A DNA stretch of 64,000 bases from Phoronis australis (GCA_002633005.1 NMRA01000040.1:79362-143361), one strand, 5' to 3'; shown: positions 51,601 to 64,000, numbered from the stretch's first letter. Program-made: numbers and translations. Notes: generated by a model from the letters alone, not told the origin.

Positions 51601-54600
51601 GGGGCACCAGTTGGTCCTCGTTCCCCAGGGGGTCCTTCTAGACCAGGGTCACCAGTCTCTCCCTTGGGTCCGTCAAAACCATCAGGGCCACTTGGACCTG
51701 CCACAAAGACATGATGATTCATGCAAAACTTTGACCAAGAAATTCAAGAACTTTTCAAGGACGTTTTAAGGCTGTTCAAGGAATTCAAGGTCATTTAAAG
51801 GTTGTTTAAGTATAACAGCTTAAGTGCAGCCTTTACCCCAACCATCCCTTTGTAACTAGGAAAATCATTAAAGGAAGGGGTCAAATTAGCAAACATGTTA
51901 ATGAACAATTTTGTTTAATGCATACGATAGATACCAAGAAAAACATTTGCCGTTCATTTCAGAAATAAAAATTATTTTTTTGGCAGCAATAAATAAATAA
52001 AATAGAATACAACTACTTAAAATTAGGGCCTTTCAAATGCTTTCAAGGTTAAATGTTAAAATTCAAGGACATATCAGAGCCAAGGCTCTAAATTCAAGGA
52101 CTACACGAACAGTTAGAGAGCACCATTAACCCAACATACCATATACAAATCCTTATTCAAACAATTTTTAAAATTTGATGGCAGTCTAGCTTGCGCACAC
52201 CAATGACATTACTCCGAGTCCTAATAAATTATAGCCAAATAACCAGTATATGCTGTCACACTATCTGACAATACGTGACAAAGTCAAAATGCAGATTGAG
52301 TAGAAAACAGCTAATGTGTGAACAGCACAATGTGATAAGCATCATATCTCACCAATTTCGGAGAAAAAAGTTTATCATTGTTTTAAATTGAATCCTTACA
52401 TTGGTGGATTAAGTGAGTACACAGATTGTTAACAGGAAAGCAGTTAGTTTAAAGCAACATAACACGATGAACAACGAAAACAAATGAAATAACACTTTTC
52501 TGCTAAAATTGGTAGGCGTTTGCCAAACTTTATTTTAATTTTTTTCACGAATACTGATAATTTCATTTGCACTTGATAATCAGATGGTAAGAGCAGATGG
52601 CAATATGGTCTATAAGACTCTCTTTGTCCTACAGATTTTGCTTAACAATAAAACTGAACAAGAAATGTTGAAAGCCTAGAAAACTGCACTCCTACTAGCC
52701 TCCTACCTGGGGCACCGGGGTCTCCTTGGGGACCTTGGGGTCCAGGTGGTCCAGACTTGCCGTCCCTTCCTATCTCACCCTTAACACCTGTTGGACCAGG
52801 TGATCCTCGGGCTCCCTTCTGCATGATGCGACCAGGTGGAAATTCGCCAGGTTCTCCCTGGAAATGAGCAGATTATGCACTAAAGCAATGAGTCAGGCAA
52901 TTACATGTTAGAGAATGTCAAAGTTTTGAATATGTACATACACGGTATTCGGCTAACAAACACTGTTATGCATTAAGGAAATCAAAACCAAGACTTGGCC
53001 TTCAAATAAATACCGTACTTGCCCAGGTTGACACCCATCCTCAGCTTACCACCCACATCCGATTTATAAAAAGAGGATTCCTTAAAAGTGCCCGTGTCTT
53101 TGAGAATAACAATTTATCTTCTAAAAGGTATGCTCTCGTTTTCAGAAACGATCATCCAGTTTCAGTGGAACCCTGTCTTTATTTAGGCAGGAAAATACCT
53201 TAGTTTACTCTTTTAACTGAAGAAGACAAGGAAATTTAAAGCTGGGTCACAAAACTACATTGCCATTGGCGATCACTCCTTTCTAGATAGCAAACCCCAT
53301 GCTACATGGTCCACATACGCCAACATTTTGGTAGACACATGAATGTTAAGTCTGATGTCAAAAACATCCCCATGGACAATACCCACCCCAATTTCTTGAG
53401 TTCCCCCAGTAACCCTGACGACTACAGAAAGTGCACAATTACAAAAATGCATTAAAAACTACGAATGACAGACACTGGCTATTGGGTATTTAGCAAAAAA
53501 AATATGTGCTAAGAGGCAGCCTTGGAAAATCGTTATGAAGCCCGATCAAAACTTGATCTGTCATCAGTCGATAAAAATCGATATACAACCTGTACAAAAA
53601 AATTAACTGGTTCCTTGAATAGCAGCATATCGCAGCAGAGCCTGGTGAAGTAAAGCTTGAAAGCACCGCGTTTTACAAAGCGAAGTGTCTGGGAGCACAC
53701 AAAAGATTTCAGTGGGATTTACCAGCACAAGATTACGTAACTAGCCCCATAGTGTGATCTGTTAGTTTACGTATTTTACCCCTTTTCAATCACACAGTAA
53801 GTTTATTACACGTTGAACGTCATTTAAGTATGAATTCATCAGTGTTTACATGGTTTGGATGGCACCGCTAAATTAGTGTTGCTTATTCGCCGCTTGGGGC
53901 GCTTGTTTTTCGACCGATAACCATTGCGGCCAATGGCAAGACGGCGGAGTGAACTCTCCTATTCTTGGTAGATTCCTTACTAGTACCCTGAAAGACAATT
54001 ATCTTCCGCAGTGCTGGACAATAGGTCATACACAATGCATTACATTCCGAAAAATAGAGGGGTAATAAACTTGGGGCAATAGTCTGGTATAAACTGGGTG
54101 AATTTCACTAAGGTTTGCTGCGATTTGGGAACAGGATGAGTGGCTCTGGCGAACGCTTATCAGCATCAGGTCTCCAACACTGTGTAAATTACTTAGCACC
54201 TGAGCGCCTTAAGGCATTTACCTTTTGCCCTTTAGGCCCTCCAGCGCCAGGTGATCCATCTAAGCCATCGACACCAGGCTGACCAATTGGGCCTGGCTCA
54301 CCATCTAAACCTGGGAATCCTTTGGCCCCAGGGGGTCCACGCTCGCTTGTTCCTGGCACACCTGGATTACCAGGTTCACCTCTCGGACCATCACGACCAG
54401 GAAGACCATCAGCACCACGCTCACCAGGGGTACCTGGTGATGGGAAGAGTTCAGTGATGGGAAATCTTACGAATCACTCCCCTCATTCAAATTTCACTGC
54501 ATGACTTATCAACAAAGGAACAGCAGTTGCATGTGTGTTATTTCTCTAGTCAACCACATACATTGAAAAAATTCAATTTTTAATGACAAATTTAGTTTTC

Positions 54601-57600
54601 CCACAAAGAGGCAATGGTTATTATTGACACTCGTCTTTGTTCCCTAATCCATAGAAAAATAGCCGGTCACAAAAGTGCAGGCACTGTGGTAAGTGATCCT
54701 AAAAAGCACTCTAGTTGGGAAAGGTGTAATAGGACCTAATGAACCTTAGACTTCTGCCATTTACCAATAATGATCAACTTGTTAAGTTCATGAAACTGCG
54801 GCAGTTGATTATTCACAAATGGCCTGGGTTAAGGATTCAATCTGCACTGGAAACATGGTTTCTAAGGCTTTGTAGTCATGTTTTGACCATTTCAATTTGT
54901 CAATAAGTATCTTCCTCGATTTTTTAATCATTTATCATTAACAACATTCAAACTAAGTTTAATCTGTACTCAGTGGGCCAAATTTCTAATGTGCCTAGGC
55001 ACATAGAAATTTCACCAAACACAATGTTCCATTACCTTGACGTCCAGGCAGTCCATCCGCTCCTCGTGGTCCAGGTCGTCCCTCCGGACCAGGATCGCCT
55101 TTGATGATTGCAGAGATGTCACGTCCACTGTATGGTTCACCTTTTTGACCTGTAAATGCGCACATGTATTTTCTTGATACTGGTTCATTGGATGGCTAAC
55201 AGGAGTTACTTTCACATGGCTTGCATGGCATGGTTGTAAATTGCTTTAAGTGCACATGCAGGCTAATTTCTTATCTCTGAGATTGCTTAGTCAAATTAGT
55301 AAGAAGCGAAAGATATAGCAGCGAATGGAATATGAGGTACGCAGAAAATTGCGAAATGTTACTAAGACCGGGTTTTGTGTCCAAAATGATCCTCCGTAAA
55401 TGACTCAACTGTGTCTAGTAAGTATCGAGACATGATGAAGGGGAATAACTGTACTGCTGGCTGCATTTGAAGAAGTTTTAGTCTTCACACTTAGAAGTTG
55501 TCAATGAATATAACTGCCCTTTGCTCTGCACAGATGATGTTCAAATTGCATTGTCATTTAGTTCCCTGATATATTTGTATAGTACGGAGCATTCAAATCA
55601 GGTAATGGAATGACCCATGACAAAAAAGATGAAATTTTTACGACCGCAAATACACATTTCAATCTAAACCATACCTCTGAGATCGAAAGTAAACATTATT
55701 ATCACAGGATGCCCTGTAACTGTGTCGTTTTGGCAAAACGCACTCATCTTAACCAGTACCTGACATCTATTTCAGCAACAACAATGAAGGCAATTAGATG
55801 CAACAAAAGATATTTTATAAAATTAAAATAATAAAGATAAAGATGCAAAATATGCAGAGTGAGTGGCAGGAGCTTATTCTTGATTTGCTGAAGGGAGACC
55901 TATAAAATTATTTTCAATTCTTATAATTACCATACAAAATTACAAAAAAAATTTGGAAATCGATCAATAGTTTATCAAGAAAGCCTGAAATACATACACA
56001 TTTAATTCCAACAAAAAATTTAATTCCAATGCAAATGGAAAAGTCAAGACGAAAACCTGTGGCTCATACCGCAACTGTTAGCATGAAAAAATTAAAGTCA
56101 AAAACAACATACTTTAAACTATAGAATACATCAATCACAATTATAACTCGGCCAAACTTTTCATTTTCAAACAGGAGTTGATTGTTCATAAGCCACGCTG
56201 GTGTAGAAGAAACTATGTGACATAAGAAATAACTACAAGGACACTGAAAATAGGCTGGCAGAATTTGTAAACAATGGCTTAGACCAATCAGATCATTCAG
56301 AATCTGTCACGTGATCACTTCTCTCGAACTGCAAAACTCGAGTCACAAAACAGAACACGAAAAATGTCAAAATAAATCGAAATACATCAAATGCAATTTA
56401 AAACACATTTGCAGTAACGAAAATAGTACTTTTTATCTCGTTTCGGCGGCACATACAACATCGCACTCAGGCGGTCAGGACTAGCACTAGAAGCCAACCG
56501 GCGTGCATGTGGGATCAAACAAAAGAATTTCATACATCACTCACTTCCCACCACTCCAATCCAATTCAACGAATAACTGGTTACGGTTGAATTTCCTTTC
56601 AGGAAGTGTTGTTACTTTTAGTGTTTCATCGTTTTCAGGCGACTCGGCCACACACTCCGTAACTGTTCCTCTATCAAAGTTTACACAGCGCAAACCTTGA
56701 CTTATGATGTTTGTGAAGACATTGACTATTTCTTTTATCCACTTTTTCCTCGAAATTTTCTGTAAACTCCATGTTCCACGCATTTTTAACCATAGAATCG
56801 TACTATTTGTCACCGCCATTTTATACCAAATGCAGATGCCATTGATGAAGCACACTATCCCAGGCACAGGCGCTTGAATTTATCTGTTCCTCTATCGCCA
56901 CTCACGTTACTCACTAAGAAAACATGTTTCTTATATATGGTTATGAGTCATCGGGAAATTTGAGCGCCTGTGATCCCAAGTGCCCCAGCAACTACAATTT
57001 TCGTTCCTCGAAATATAAAGAGCAGTTTCCTCTTTTCGAGTCGTCAGCATCGCCGAGGTGAGAAGCCAATTTGCCGTGATTATTTTATGGCAAATCCGAT
57101 TTTTTTCCGCGGAAATGTAACAAAAATACGCGGAAGGAATAAGAGAAAAAAGCAGAAATTCATGTTTCCGCGGAAAATTCCAAGCCTAATGTCAAATACA
57201 TCATTAAAGCCCAACTCCCTGCATGATGCCTCCTCTATTAACATTCATTTCACTTCATTCTATGGGGGAATCAAGAATACTCAGGTGAGTGCTGTATTAT
57301 GCAGTAATGCAACCAAGTCAAGTCAAATTCAATATCGTTACTACAAAGCACCTCAGAATTCAACATGGACCTCTAAACAGGGGCAACAACTTCAAGAAAA
57401 CATTCCATCATACTTTTTCTGATCTGGCAAAATAACCATGAGCAATAGCACTGAAACCAGTGAACACTCTTTCAGGAGAGAGCTTACCTTCAGGACCAGG
57501 GCGGCCCGGAGCTCCAGGTAAACCATCCTGACCACGATCACCACGAGCACCAGCTCGACCAGGAATCCCCTCTCCTTGAGCTCCAGGGTTGCCGGGTGGT

Positions 57601-60600
57601 CCAGGCTCACCACGAACACCGTCCAATCCTTCCAAACCAGGGTAACCTCGATCACCCTGTATGAGAGAGCCATTCAACATTTTTTTTACTAATTTCAGAT
57701 AAAAAAATCAGCATTTCATCTTTCATTGGTTTTAACAAATGCAAATGATACCTTGATACCCTGTCTGGGGGTGGCTACAACAACTTAAAACTGATGAGGC
57801 AACAGGGCCGCTCCAGATTGTACAGCAACAACTGAATCTAGTTCTATTTACCCATAATGCCATAAGCATCCGTCAGACACATTTGCTGCCTGGTTTTTGA
57901 GCCATTGGAGATCTACATGTTGTTTGGTGTTGTCAGATTCATTGCAAGATTATCTCAGTGGCATTTAACTCTACTCGTACTCTCAATACTAACGCGGTAT
58001 TACTGCTGTGCTGTGAGCTTCAGCTCCGACATGATAATGTTCCATAAACTGGACAAATACCTGTGGATGTGTTATGTGTCACCTTCCCAACATCAATGAA
58101 AGACAAGAAAATGCAAAGTGAGTTAGAAAAACAAGTTCGTAGGATTAATTTTGAATCAAACAAGATTCCCTTTCGTGAAGATAAATGTTAAATTCCAGCA
58201 CTTAATGGATGGTTGAAATCGGGAATATTTCCACGGCTATATACCTCGCCGGTTTCCGACATGATCTGTAAAAATGTGTCTCATTTCCAAAACGAGGTTA
58301 TGCTTTTCTTCTGGGACAAAGGAGAGTGCCATCGGTGTGTAATCTGGGATGGTCCTAATATTAGGTGCTTTATGAGAAAAATTACATGGAAGGTAAAGTC
58401 CACTTAGGGCTGTTCCAGTAAAATCCGTGTGGGAGGGGGGGGACGGCAGTAGAAATAAAAATTCATGGGTNCAAAGGAGAGTGCCATCGGCGTGTAATCT
58501 GGGATGGTCCTAATATTAGGTGCTTTATGAGAAAAATTACATGGAAGGTAAAGTCCACTTATGTCAAATGAGACAAAAACATAGCATCTGGGCAAGCACT
58601 GCACGGATAACTCTTAGAAGCAGCACACGACAAAAGTATTACGCACCTTTGCAGTGCAGTCCAACTGACTTATCAGCCAGTTTGAGGATACAGCCTAAAT
58701 TGTCGTTATAAGATTGATGGTGGCAAACCAATGTTTACATGGTCCAGCTCTCTTATTGTCTGCTTTCATATGATGCTCACGAAATCCAGCAATAACATTA
58801 TGTTGTAAACAGCGTGACTGACGCTATCCGATATTTAAATTACTATTTGGAATTGACCTTCAACAAATGTCGTGAAGCAGATGTGTTTTGTATGAAATCC
58901 TCGGTTGACTTTCAGAGATATTAGATTTAACTTTCACCTGTTCATTCCTTTCAAGTAAGCTCTGACCAGCTTAACCACAGTATTATGTACCAACGTAAAA
59001 GATTTTGAGGTATGAAAACCAGTCAAGTTAACAAATCCCAACTGGTGAGGGTGTCAAAGTAAAATTCTTTTCATATTTCACATTGCAACCTCTTTGGTTT
59101 TGGCAAGTTTCCAGATAAGAGCAGTGTTCAACTGCGGGCATCAATCTGGGCAACATTCCTAACACTAACTTTCTTGCGAGATTTATGAGGTCATGAAACT
59201 CCACCGGTCACACAAGGCCAGTGTGTAGTGAGTATGTTAAGAGACCTCACTACCATGTCCTACACAAAAGTCATCCATTGCTGTGATTGGTCGTTTAAGT
59301 TGGCATGTTGGATGATGGGATAGAATTCACGTAATCCAGGCATATTGTTAGGAGTTTCCAACAGTCTTCTGCCCAGCATCGAACAGAATGATTCATAAGA
59401 AACGTATCTACAAGGCTTCAGAGAACTTTACTTCATTGCTCTGTTTCAAGTGACTTTTGAACTATATCTCAATTTCTATATTGACAACATTGGTACAACT
59501 TAAGTCCCATGGAATGCGCTTTATTTCTGTACAATGAAGATATGAACATTATGATTAGCTTCGATGCAAAGTGGTGTAATTTCCACACAGAAGAATGTCT
59601 TTGATTTAGTAGGCCTATTTGACGACACACGAGACAAGCAGACATGGGCACGTAATGGCCAGAATGACCTCTGAGGTGTCACACAAAAAAGCAAAGAAAA
59701 CGGCACTGAAAGATGTGAACAAAACATCAAGCATAAACAGAACTTTAACATTACCTTAGGTCCATCTTGTCCTGGGTAACCCTGAGCACCAGGTGGGCCA
59801 ACTTCACCTTTAGGGCCAGCAAATCCATTCCTTCCAGATGGTCCTGGTATACCCGGTTCACCCTTGATACCTTCAGGAGGTGTCTCGAACTTGATCTCAC
59901 CTGGCTCGCCCTTTTGTCCCACACGTCCTGGTATACCATCTATTCCTAGTTGACCCTGACACAGGATGTAACTAAATGTACATAACTATTAAGCAGCCAT
60001 TTTGAATTCAACACTATGTTCAAACTGCATTTTAACCGTTAACCTGCGGTAGGCGATGTCAGTCGACTACCCTATACAGCACGATGGGTGTATTCACTGA
60101 ACTACCAGCGGTAAAGAGTGCACCCTCGTGGTTTTCATACAGAAATCGTTGAGAGCCCTGTATGTTGTTTAGAAATGTGAACACGCTCATTCCACAGTTC
60201 AGGGTTACTAATACATTTCCCGGATTTAAACCATAAGGCTAATTACTAGTTTGGAAGATATTGGCAGTTTTATGTAAGTGTAGACACAAAGTTTCACTGT
60301 GGCTGGAGCCAGATGTGAGAGGATGACTGGATCAGTTTATTTTCACTAAGGCTGTAATGAAGATGTACATATGGTGAAAATCTCCATTAAATTCAAAACA
60401 ACTTTCATGTCGACTACTTTTGTGTGAAATTGACATCTCAGGTGAGTGTGTAAATTGCAAATGGATTTCAATGGCACACGGTTTCGCACCTGCCTTGTGG
60501 GAAGAGTATCCAGATTTCAATGATCAGCTAGTCGGGATACAGCTGTGTCATTATCAGTTTGACACTTAGCAAGGGGAGGAAGTTGGCAAACCAATGTTTT

Positions 60601-63600
60601 CATAAGTGCAGATCTCTAATTGTCTGCGTTCATCTGATAGCTCACGTAGTCACGCAATTATGTTGTAATCAGCGTGCCTAACACTAACCAACAAGAGTAA
60701 GGCGGAGTGTCAAAATGCACCCACGTCTAAATGCACTGCAAATGGAGTGCTCCTAGGGTTGTTTGTTTCAAAAAAATAGCCACCAGAGGACGAAAAAACG
60801 TCCAATCCATCTGAAAATGGGAACATGTCATCGCTTCTTTAATAGAAAGCTATTCACCAAATTTCATAAAAATCTGTCAAGAAACTTAGAGAAAAAAAGG
60901 AAACAAAAAAAATGAAATTGCCACTACGGGACACAGCCTTCATTGGATGCACCTGAAAGACGTCGTCATCTGTTCTTAGCCTCATATAGATACAATTACT
61001 AATTTTAATATAGATCCTGCAGTGAGTTTAGGTGATGCACCTATGGGCGCAAAACAAAACTGCCACTAGGAGGCGCCACAGTAGTCAAACGCCACAGTAG
61101 TCAAAGTCATTGCAAAATCATCGTCAGCTTCGTAGAAAGAACATACATGCTAATTTTCACAATCATCCTTTAGTGCAGTTTGGTTGATAGAGGGGTGAAT
61201 GCCAAAAAACAGACTAAAAACAGACAAAGTGGCCGCTAGATGTTGCAAACTACATCAAATCCAACCGAAAATGGGAGGATAGCTTCATCTCAGTAATAAG
61301 TGCCTATATTTCAAATTTTATGAAAATATGTTGAGGACCTTTGAAGATACAGAGGTAAACATAAAAAAATTAAATTGCCAACAGGGGGCACACTGGTAGT
61401 CAGATAAGTCCGAAGGTCGTTGTTATCCATTTTCAACATCATATAAATACATTTGCTTAATTTAATAAAGATCCTGCCAATTGTTTACGAAATACAGCCA
61501 TGGGCGCAAAAAGAAACAAAACTGCCACTAGGAGGCGCCACAGTAGTCAACATCGTCGGAAAATCATCGTCAGCTGTCCTCTTCATAATAAAAACATACA
61601 TGCCAATTTCCACAATTATCCTTAGAGCGGTTTGGTTGCTAGAGGGGTGGACGCCAAAAAACAGACTGGATAACAGTAAAAATGGACACTAGGTGGCGCA
61701 AACTACACCGAATCCATCCGAAAACGGGAGAATAGCGTCATCTTACTAATAGGTGCCTATATTTCAAATTTTATGAAAATACGTGGAGGACCTTTGAACA
61801 TACAGAGGTAAGCATAAAAAACTAAAATTGCCACTAGGGGGCACACCAGTAGTTAGATCCGTCCGAAAGTTTTCTTATGCCGCCCCGTCCATGATAGAAA
61901 CATGTAAATATGTGGGCGCATAAAAATACTATTTCCATATGACGTGCAACAACTTGTCGTGATGAAGATGTGTTTTGTATGAAATACTATCACAAAAAAC
62001 TGCGAACGGAGAAAAATGGTTGATTTTCAGAGAAATTAGATTGAAATTTCAACAGCGTATTCCTTTATGTGAATGCAAGTCTTACCCGCATAAAACCACA
62101 GAATTGTGTACCAACACAATAGGCTTGTTTGTCAAATTTAATCGAATGCAGTTCTGGATCAGATCATCTAGTAGGAAATTTTTAGGTTTTAACAGTCGAG
62201 GGGAATGGTTACTGTAAGTACGGAATGCAAATATATTGGTTCATATTATAGCTAGCACACAGCCAGGGACTTCTACTACAAGAGCTTTCAATACCTCCTT
62301 TGTGGCACATTATGCAAGTTAGTGATTAGAAACAGTTCCATGTCAGCACGATCTCCACCCTGCACTCACCGGAGGTCCTGGCACCCCTTGCTGGCCTTCA
62401 TCTCCCCTTGCGCCTTTCTCTCCAGGTAAACCATCACGTCCTGGTTGACCAGGCCGACCAGGCATACCTGAAAATGACAGCAAGCATGTTAACTAGTGAA
62501 TTATAGAGAAGTTTATTCTTAATGTAAGATCTTCACAAAAAATCTGCCTTCTAAATTTCACTAGTGGCTGTTGCTGGGATTTTTAATAGACTCCTATTAA
62601 ATAAAGCAAACACAGCTTAACAAAGGCTTCAAGATGGTTGAGAATAAGAAAATTGTTTATTATTATCTCCCAGTTGGTTTTGAATAGCTGTGCCCAAAAT
62701 GAACTGATTTTTGTCATAATTATTCAAAAGGGAATTCATCGTAACATTTTTTAATATAGCTAACATCAAACTACATTTAGCACCGGCAGCACAATGATTG
62801 ATCTAGTCTTAAAAGTCTGATGTACAAGAATCAATTGTCATGTCCATCAAAATGGGTGTTTTTCGTTCAAAAGTTTGCAATGATGCACAAGTCATTTGAA
62901 CATCTCACAATTAACACAACAGGGATGAGAACTGAAACCCCACAGCTTCAAATGTGTGCCAACATCTCCCTGCTCCCTTTCGCGTCTAAATTCATATCAG
63001 ATGTGAAACGTTAGGTCAGCACTGAAAGGTGTCCAAAAATACAATATTGGTATCTACTGTCAACATAGCTTGCATAAACATGTTTGTCTCGGCATATTTG
63101 AAAACTATTTATTACAACAGAAAAAGGTCTTGCAGAAAAAGGTCTTGCAAGTGATAAAGTCTTAGAGGCTTCAGGAAATACAAACAAGACATGCTCTTAT
63201 TACCAATTTGAATAGGCCACATTAATACATCAAAAAGATTGCGCAAGTGAATACATTAAATGTCTAAATTGCTAAGGCAACTACTATCACAACGGCAACA
63301 GCTAAATGTGTAGGGGCGTAAAATCGTGTGTCATCCCACAAAACTTGCATTATGCTCAGGAATTTTTAGTGCCCCGAGAACGTGAAAGAGCTAAAGGGTC
63401 ATTCTGGGCTCAGTTATTCAACTATCTATAGGGAGTAATTAAACAATTATTTTCTCATTCAGGACCAGAAACCCTTTGTTAAGATGCTACACAGTCCAAC
63501 AAGGACAGCCCTATGGCTAAGAGCAACCTTCACAAAGAACTGCTTTCACTGACATTATATGCCTGTCTATTTCAAAAGGTCTATTATGAGTGTACGACAC

Positions 63601-63800
63601 CCATTACTTACAACCATCTGCAAAATTCTAAGCCACCATGGCGACTAGTTACCCCCTAAAAGCCCAAAATGGGATGGTTGATCATAATGAAACTGTACTA
63701 CACTGTTGACACTGACCTGGGACTCCAGTCTCACCAACTTCCCCTGGCAAACCTGGCTGCCCATCATTACATACTTGGTTGCAGTCCTCACCAGGCTGAC
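24396..63800 (-). CDS. COL4A1: Collagen type IV alpha1-like chain, 5'-partial (~1236 aa in window). Exons: 63800-63717, 62467-62370, 59955-59755, 57656-57488, 55149-55036, 54433-54222, 52857-52707, 51697-51581, 49791-49621, 49228-49139, 44143-43982, 43664-43569, 42151-41928, 39796-39670, 38205-38026, 36640-36587, 34611-34462, 32518-32349, 31054-30910, 29364-29028, 28678-28360, [27423-27337 OR 26546-26460], 24650-24396
   Basis: Interrupted Gly-X-Y exons with consistent GT-AG phases, followed by a full NC1 domain: [17 protein letters not shown]...[49 protein letters not shown]...ISRCAVCE...[40 protein letters not shown]...[37 protein letters not shown] and IECHGRG are alpha1-subfamily rather than alpha2-subfamily signatures. 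Confidence 0.95.
25710..26280. mobile_element. PIF/Harbinger-type MITE, 571 bp, TTA target-site duplication
   Basis: TTA|GGGCTGTTCCAGTAAAATCTGTATGGGAGGGG...CCCCTCCCACACAGATTTTGCTGGAACAGCCC|TTA. TIRs ~35 bp; internal CCACCC(G/A)TA(A/T)TTTT subrepeats. Confidence 0.9.
25871..25983. mobile_element. ~110-bp hAT-like mini-element nested in the Harbinger MITE
   Basis: TIRs CACAGGCGCTTGA / TCGAGCACCTGTG, degenerate 8-bp flanks GTTGACTG/GTTAAATG, sister copy at 56865-56972. Confidence 0.65.
26460..26546 (-). CDS. COL4A1: Collagen IV NC1 alternative exon A (87 nt): [29 protein letters not shown]
   Basis: TTTCTAG acceptor, ATG|GTGAGA donor, phase 0/0, open frame. Closest to the canonical alpha1 sequence (..AVHSQT..P.CP.GW...WIGYSFVM). 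Confidence 0.92.
27337..27423 (-). CDS. COL4A1: Collagen IV NC1 alternative exon B (87 nt): [29 protein letters not shown]
   Basis: Long pyrimidine tract plus CTGCAG acceptor, ATG|GTAAGA donor, phase 0/0, open frame, homologous to the start of the second NC1 repeat. Confidence 0.88.
28360..28678 (-). CDS. COL4A1: Collagen IV NC1 first-repeat exon
   Basis: [38 protein letters not shown]...[12 protein letters not shown]; CAG acceptor, GTAAGT donor. Confidence 0.95.
32914..34300 (+). mobile_element. Helentron/HINE-like element with two 3' ends (~33960 and ~34300)
   Basis: 5' AACAAGAGCAATGTGGAGCGTTGAAATG; internal repeats; GACA/GGAT microsatellite followed by the hairpin ATGC.CCACATATAAATATGTG.G..CATAA, present twice. 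Confidence 0.75.
40659..41897 (+). mobile_element. Helentron/HINE-like element
   Basis: 5' AACAAGAGCAACACAGAGCATTGAAATGCGCCCAC; internal repeats; 3' GCGGACGCACAGACAGAGATGAAGGCAATATGC. Confidence 0.78.
44172..46952. repeat. ~1.1-1.3 kb near-identical direct duplication (44172-45272 and 45657-46952) joined at N 45656
   Basis: Both copies start TGTGCAACAGTCACTTTCACCTCAGG and end ATTAGGAGCTGC. They differ by scattered SNPs and a ~190-bp indel; duplicated ORFs appear in the track. Confidence 0.92.
46960..47835 (+). mobile_element. Decayed 3' part of a HINE-like element (5' part near 45716/44231)
   Basis: TTGCCACCAGGTGGTGCAG and TTGCTACTAGGGGGCAGC motifs; 3' end GACACAGATGACGGCAATATGCATCCACAT. 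Confidence 0.6.
47874..48270 (+). mobile_element. Unclassified interspersed repeat (other copies at ~58720-58990, and 60573-60689 + 61927-62210)
   Basis: Shared GTTGGCAAACCAAT...TTGTCTGC...GCTCACG...TTATGTTGTAAACAGCG...TGTCGTGAAGCAGATGT...GTATGAAAT blocks. Confidence 0.7.
50255..50406 (+). mobile_element. 3' fragment of the HINE-like family
   Basis: GAGATGACGGCAATATGCACCCACATATAAATGTGTGGGTGCATAAAAA hairpin end. A similar end occurs at ~5300-5347. Confidence 0.7.
56865..56972. mobile_element. ~108-bp hAT-like mini-element with 8-bp TSD
   Basis: ATCCCAGG|CACAGGCGCTTGAATTT...AAATTTGAGCGCCTGTG|ATCCCAAG. Confidence 0.75.
58407..58470. mobile_element. Terminal fragment of the Harbinger MITE, truncated by N 58471
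   Basis: TTA|GGGCTGTTCCAGTAAAATCCGTGTGGGAGGGG...GAAATAAAAATTCATGGGT matches the reverse complement of 26217-26280. Confidence 0.85.
60690..61926 (+). mobile_element. Helentron/HINE-like element, near full length
   Basis: 5' AACAAGAGTAAGGCGGAGTGTCAAAATGCACCCAC; two to three internal repeat units; 3' AAATATGTGGGCGCATAAAAA. Confidence 0.8.
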
Positions 63801-63883
63801 CTGTAATAATGGAAAGTCGGCCATTACGGTTATGTAGGACCTCGCTCACAAGTCCTCACATCTAGTCAAATATCTAGAAAAAT

Positions 63884-64000
63884 ACAAGAGCAACGCGGTG
63901 CATTGAAAAGCGCCCACGACTGCACCGCAAACAGTGTGTTTCTACGAGTGTCTATTTGCATCGCAAAAAATGGCCACTAGATGGCACAGAATACATTGAA
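63884..64000 (+). mobile_element. 5' end of another HINE-like copy, running off the window
   Basis: ACAAGAGCAACGCGGTGCATTGAAAAGCGCCCACG...TGGCCACTAGATGGCACAG. Confidence 0.75.

Noticed and set aside
56541-56867. 108-aa minus-strand ORF with a GTGAGT donor-like end, as a nested gene or extra exon
   Set aside because: It is not Gly-X-Y, the collagen exon phases close without it, no family is recognisable, and it lies among repeat fragments.
1-64000. tRNA, rRNA, snoRNA or prokaryotic operons and defence systems
   Set aside because: None recognisable by eye, and the architecture is spliceosomal. Small intronic ncRNAs cannot be excluded without a covariance-model search.

Overview
AT-rich, intron-rich animal (invertebrate-like) genomic DNA with three spliced genes, assembled by hand from GT-AG boundaries. 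(1) MFSD1-like lysosomal MFS transporter, - strand, 12 coding exons in view, running off the left edge. (2) BAP18/C17orf49-like SANT protein, + strand, complete (6 exons, 150 aa), head-to-head with MFSD1 with the two ATGs about 316 bp apart. (3) The 3' ~1236 codons of a type IV collagen alpha1-like chain, - strand, entering from the right edge and tail-to-tail with BAP18. The main finding is in the collagen NC1 domain: one 87-nt phase-0 exon is present as two intact, divergent paralogues (27337-27423 and 26460-26546), which look mutually exclusive and are flanked by apparent decayed copies. Introns carry a Helentron/HINE-like repeat family packed with CTCF-consensus motifs, plus several MITEs and an 18-bp minisatellite. 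Of three single-N joins, two (45656, 58471) sit at duplications that look like both haplotypes assembled in tandem. All gene and repeat names come from motif recognition; no database search was run.
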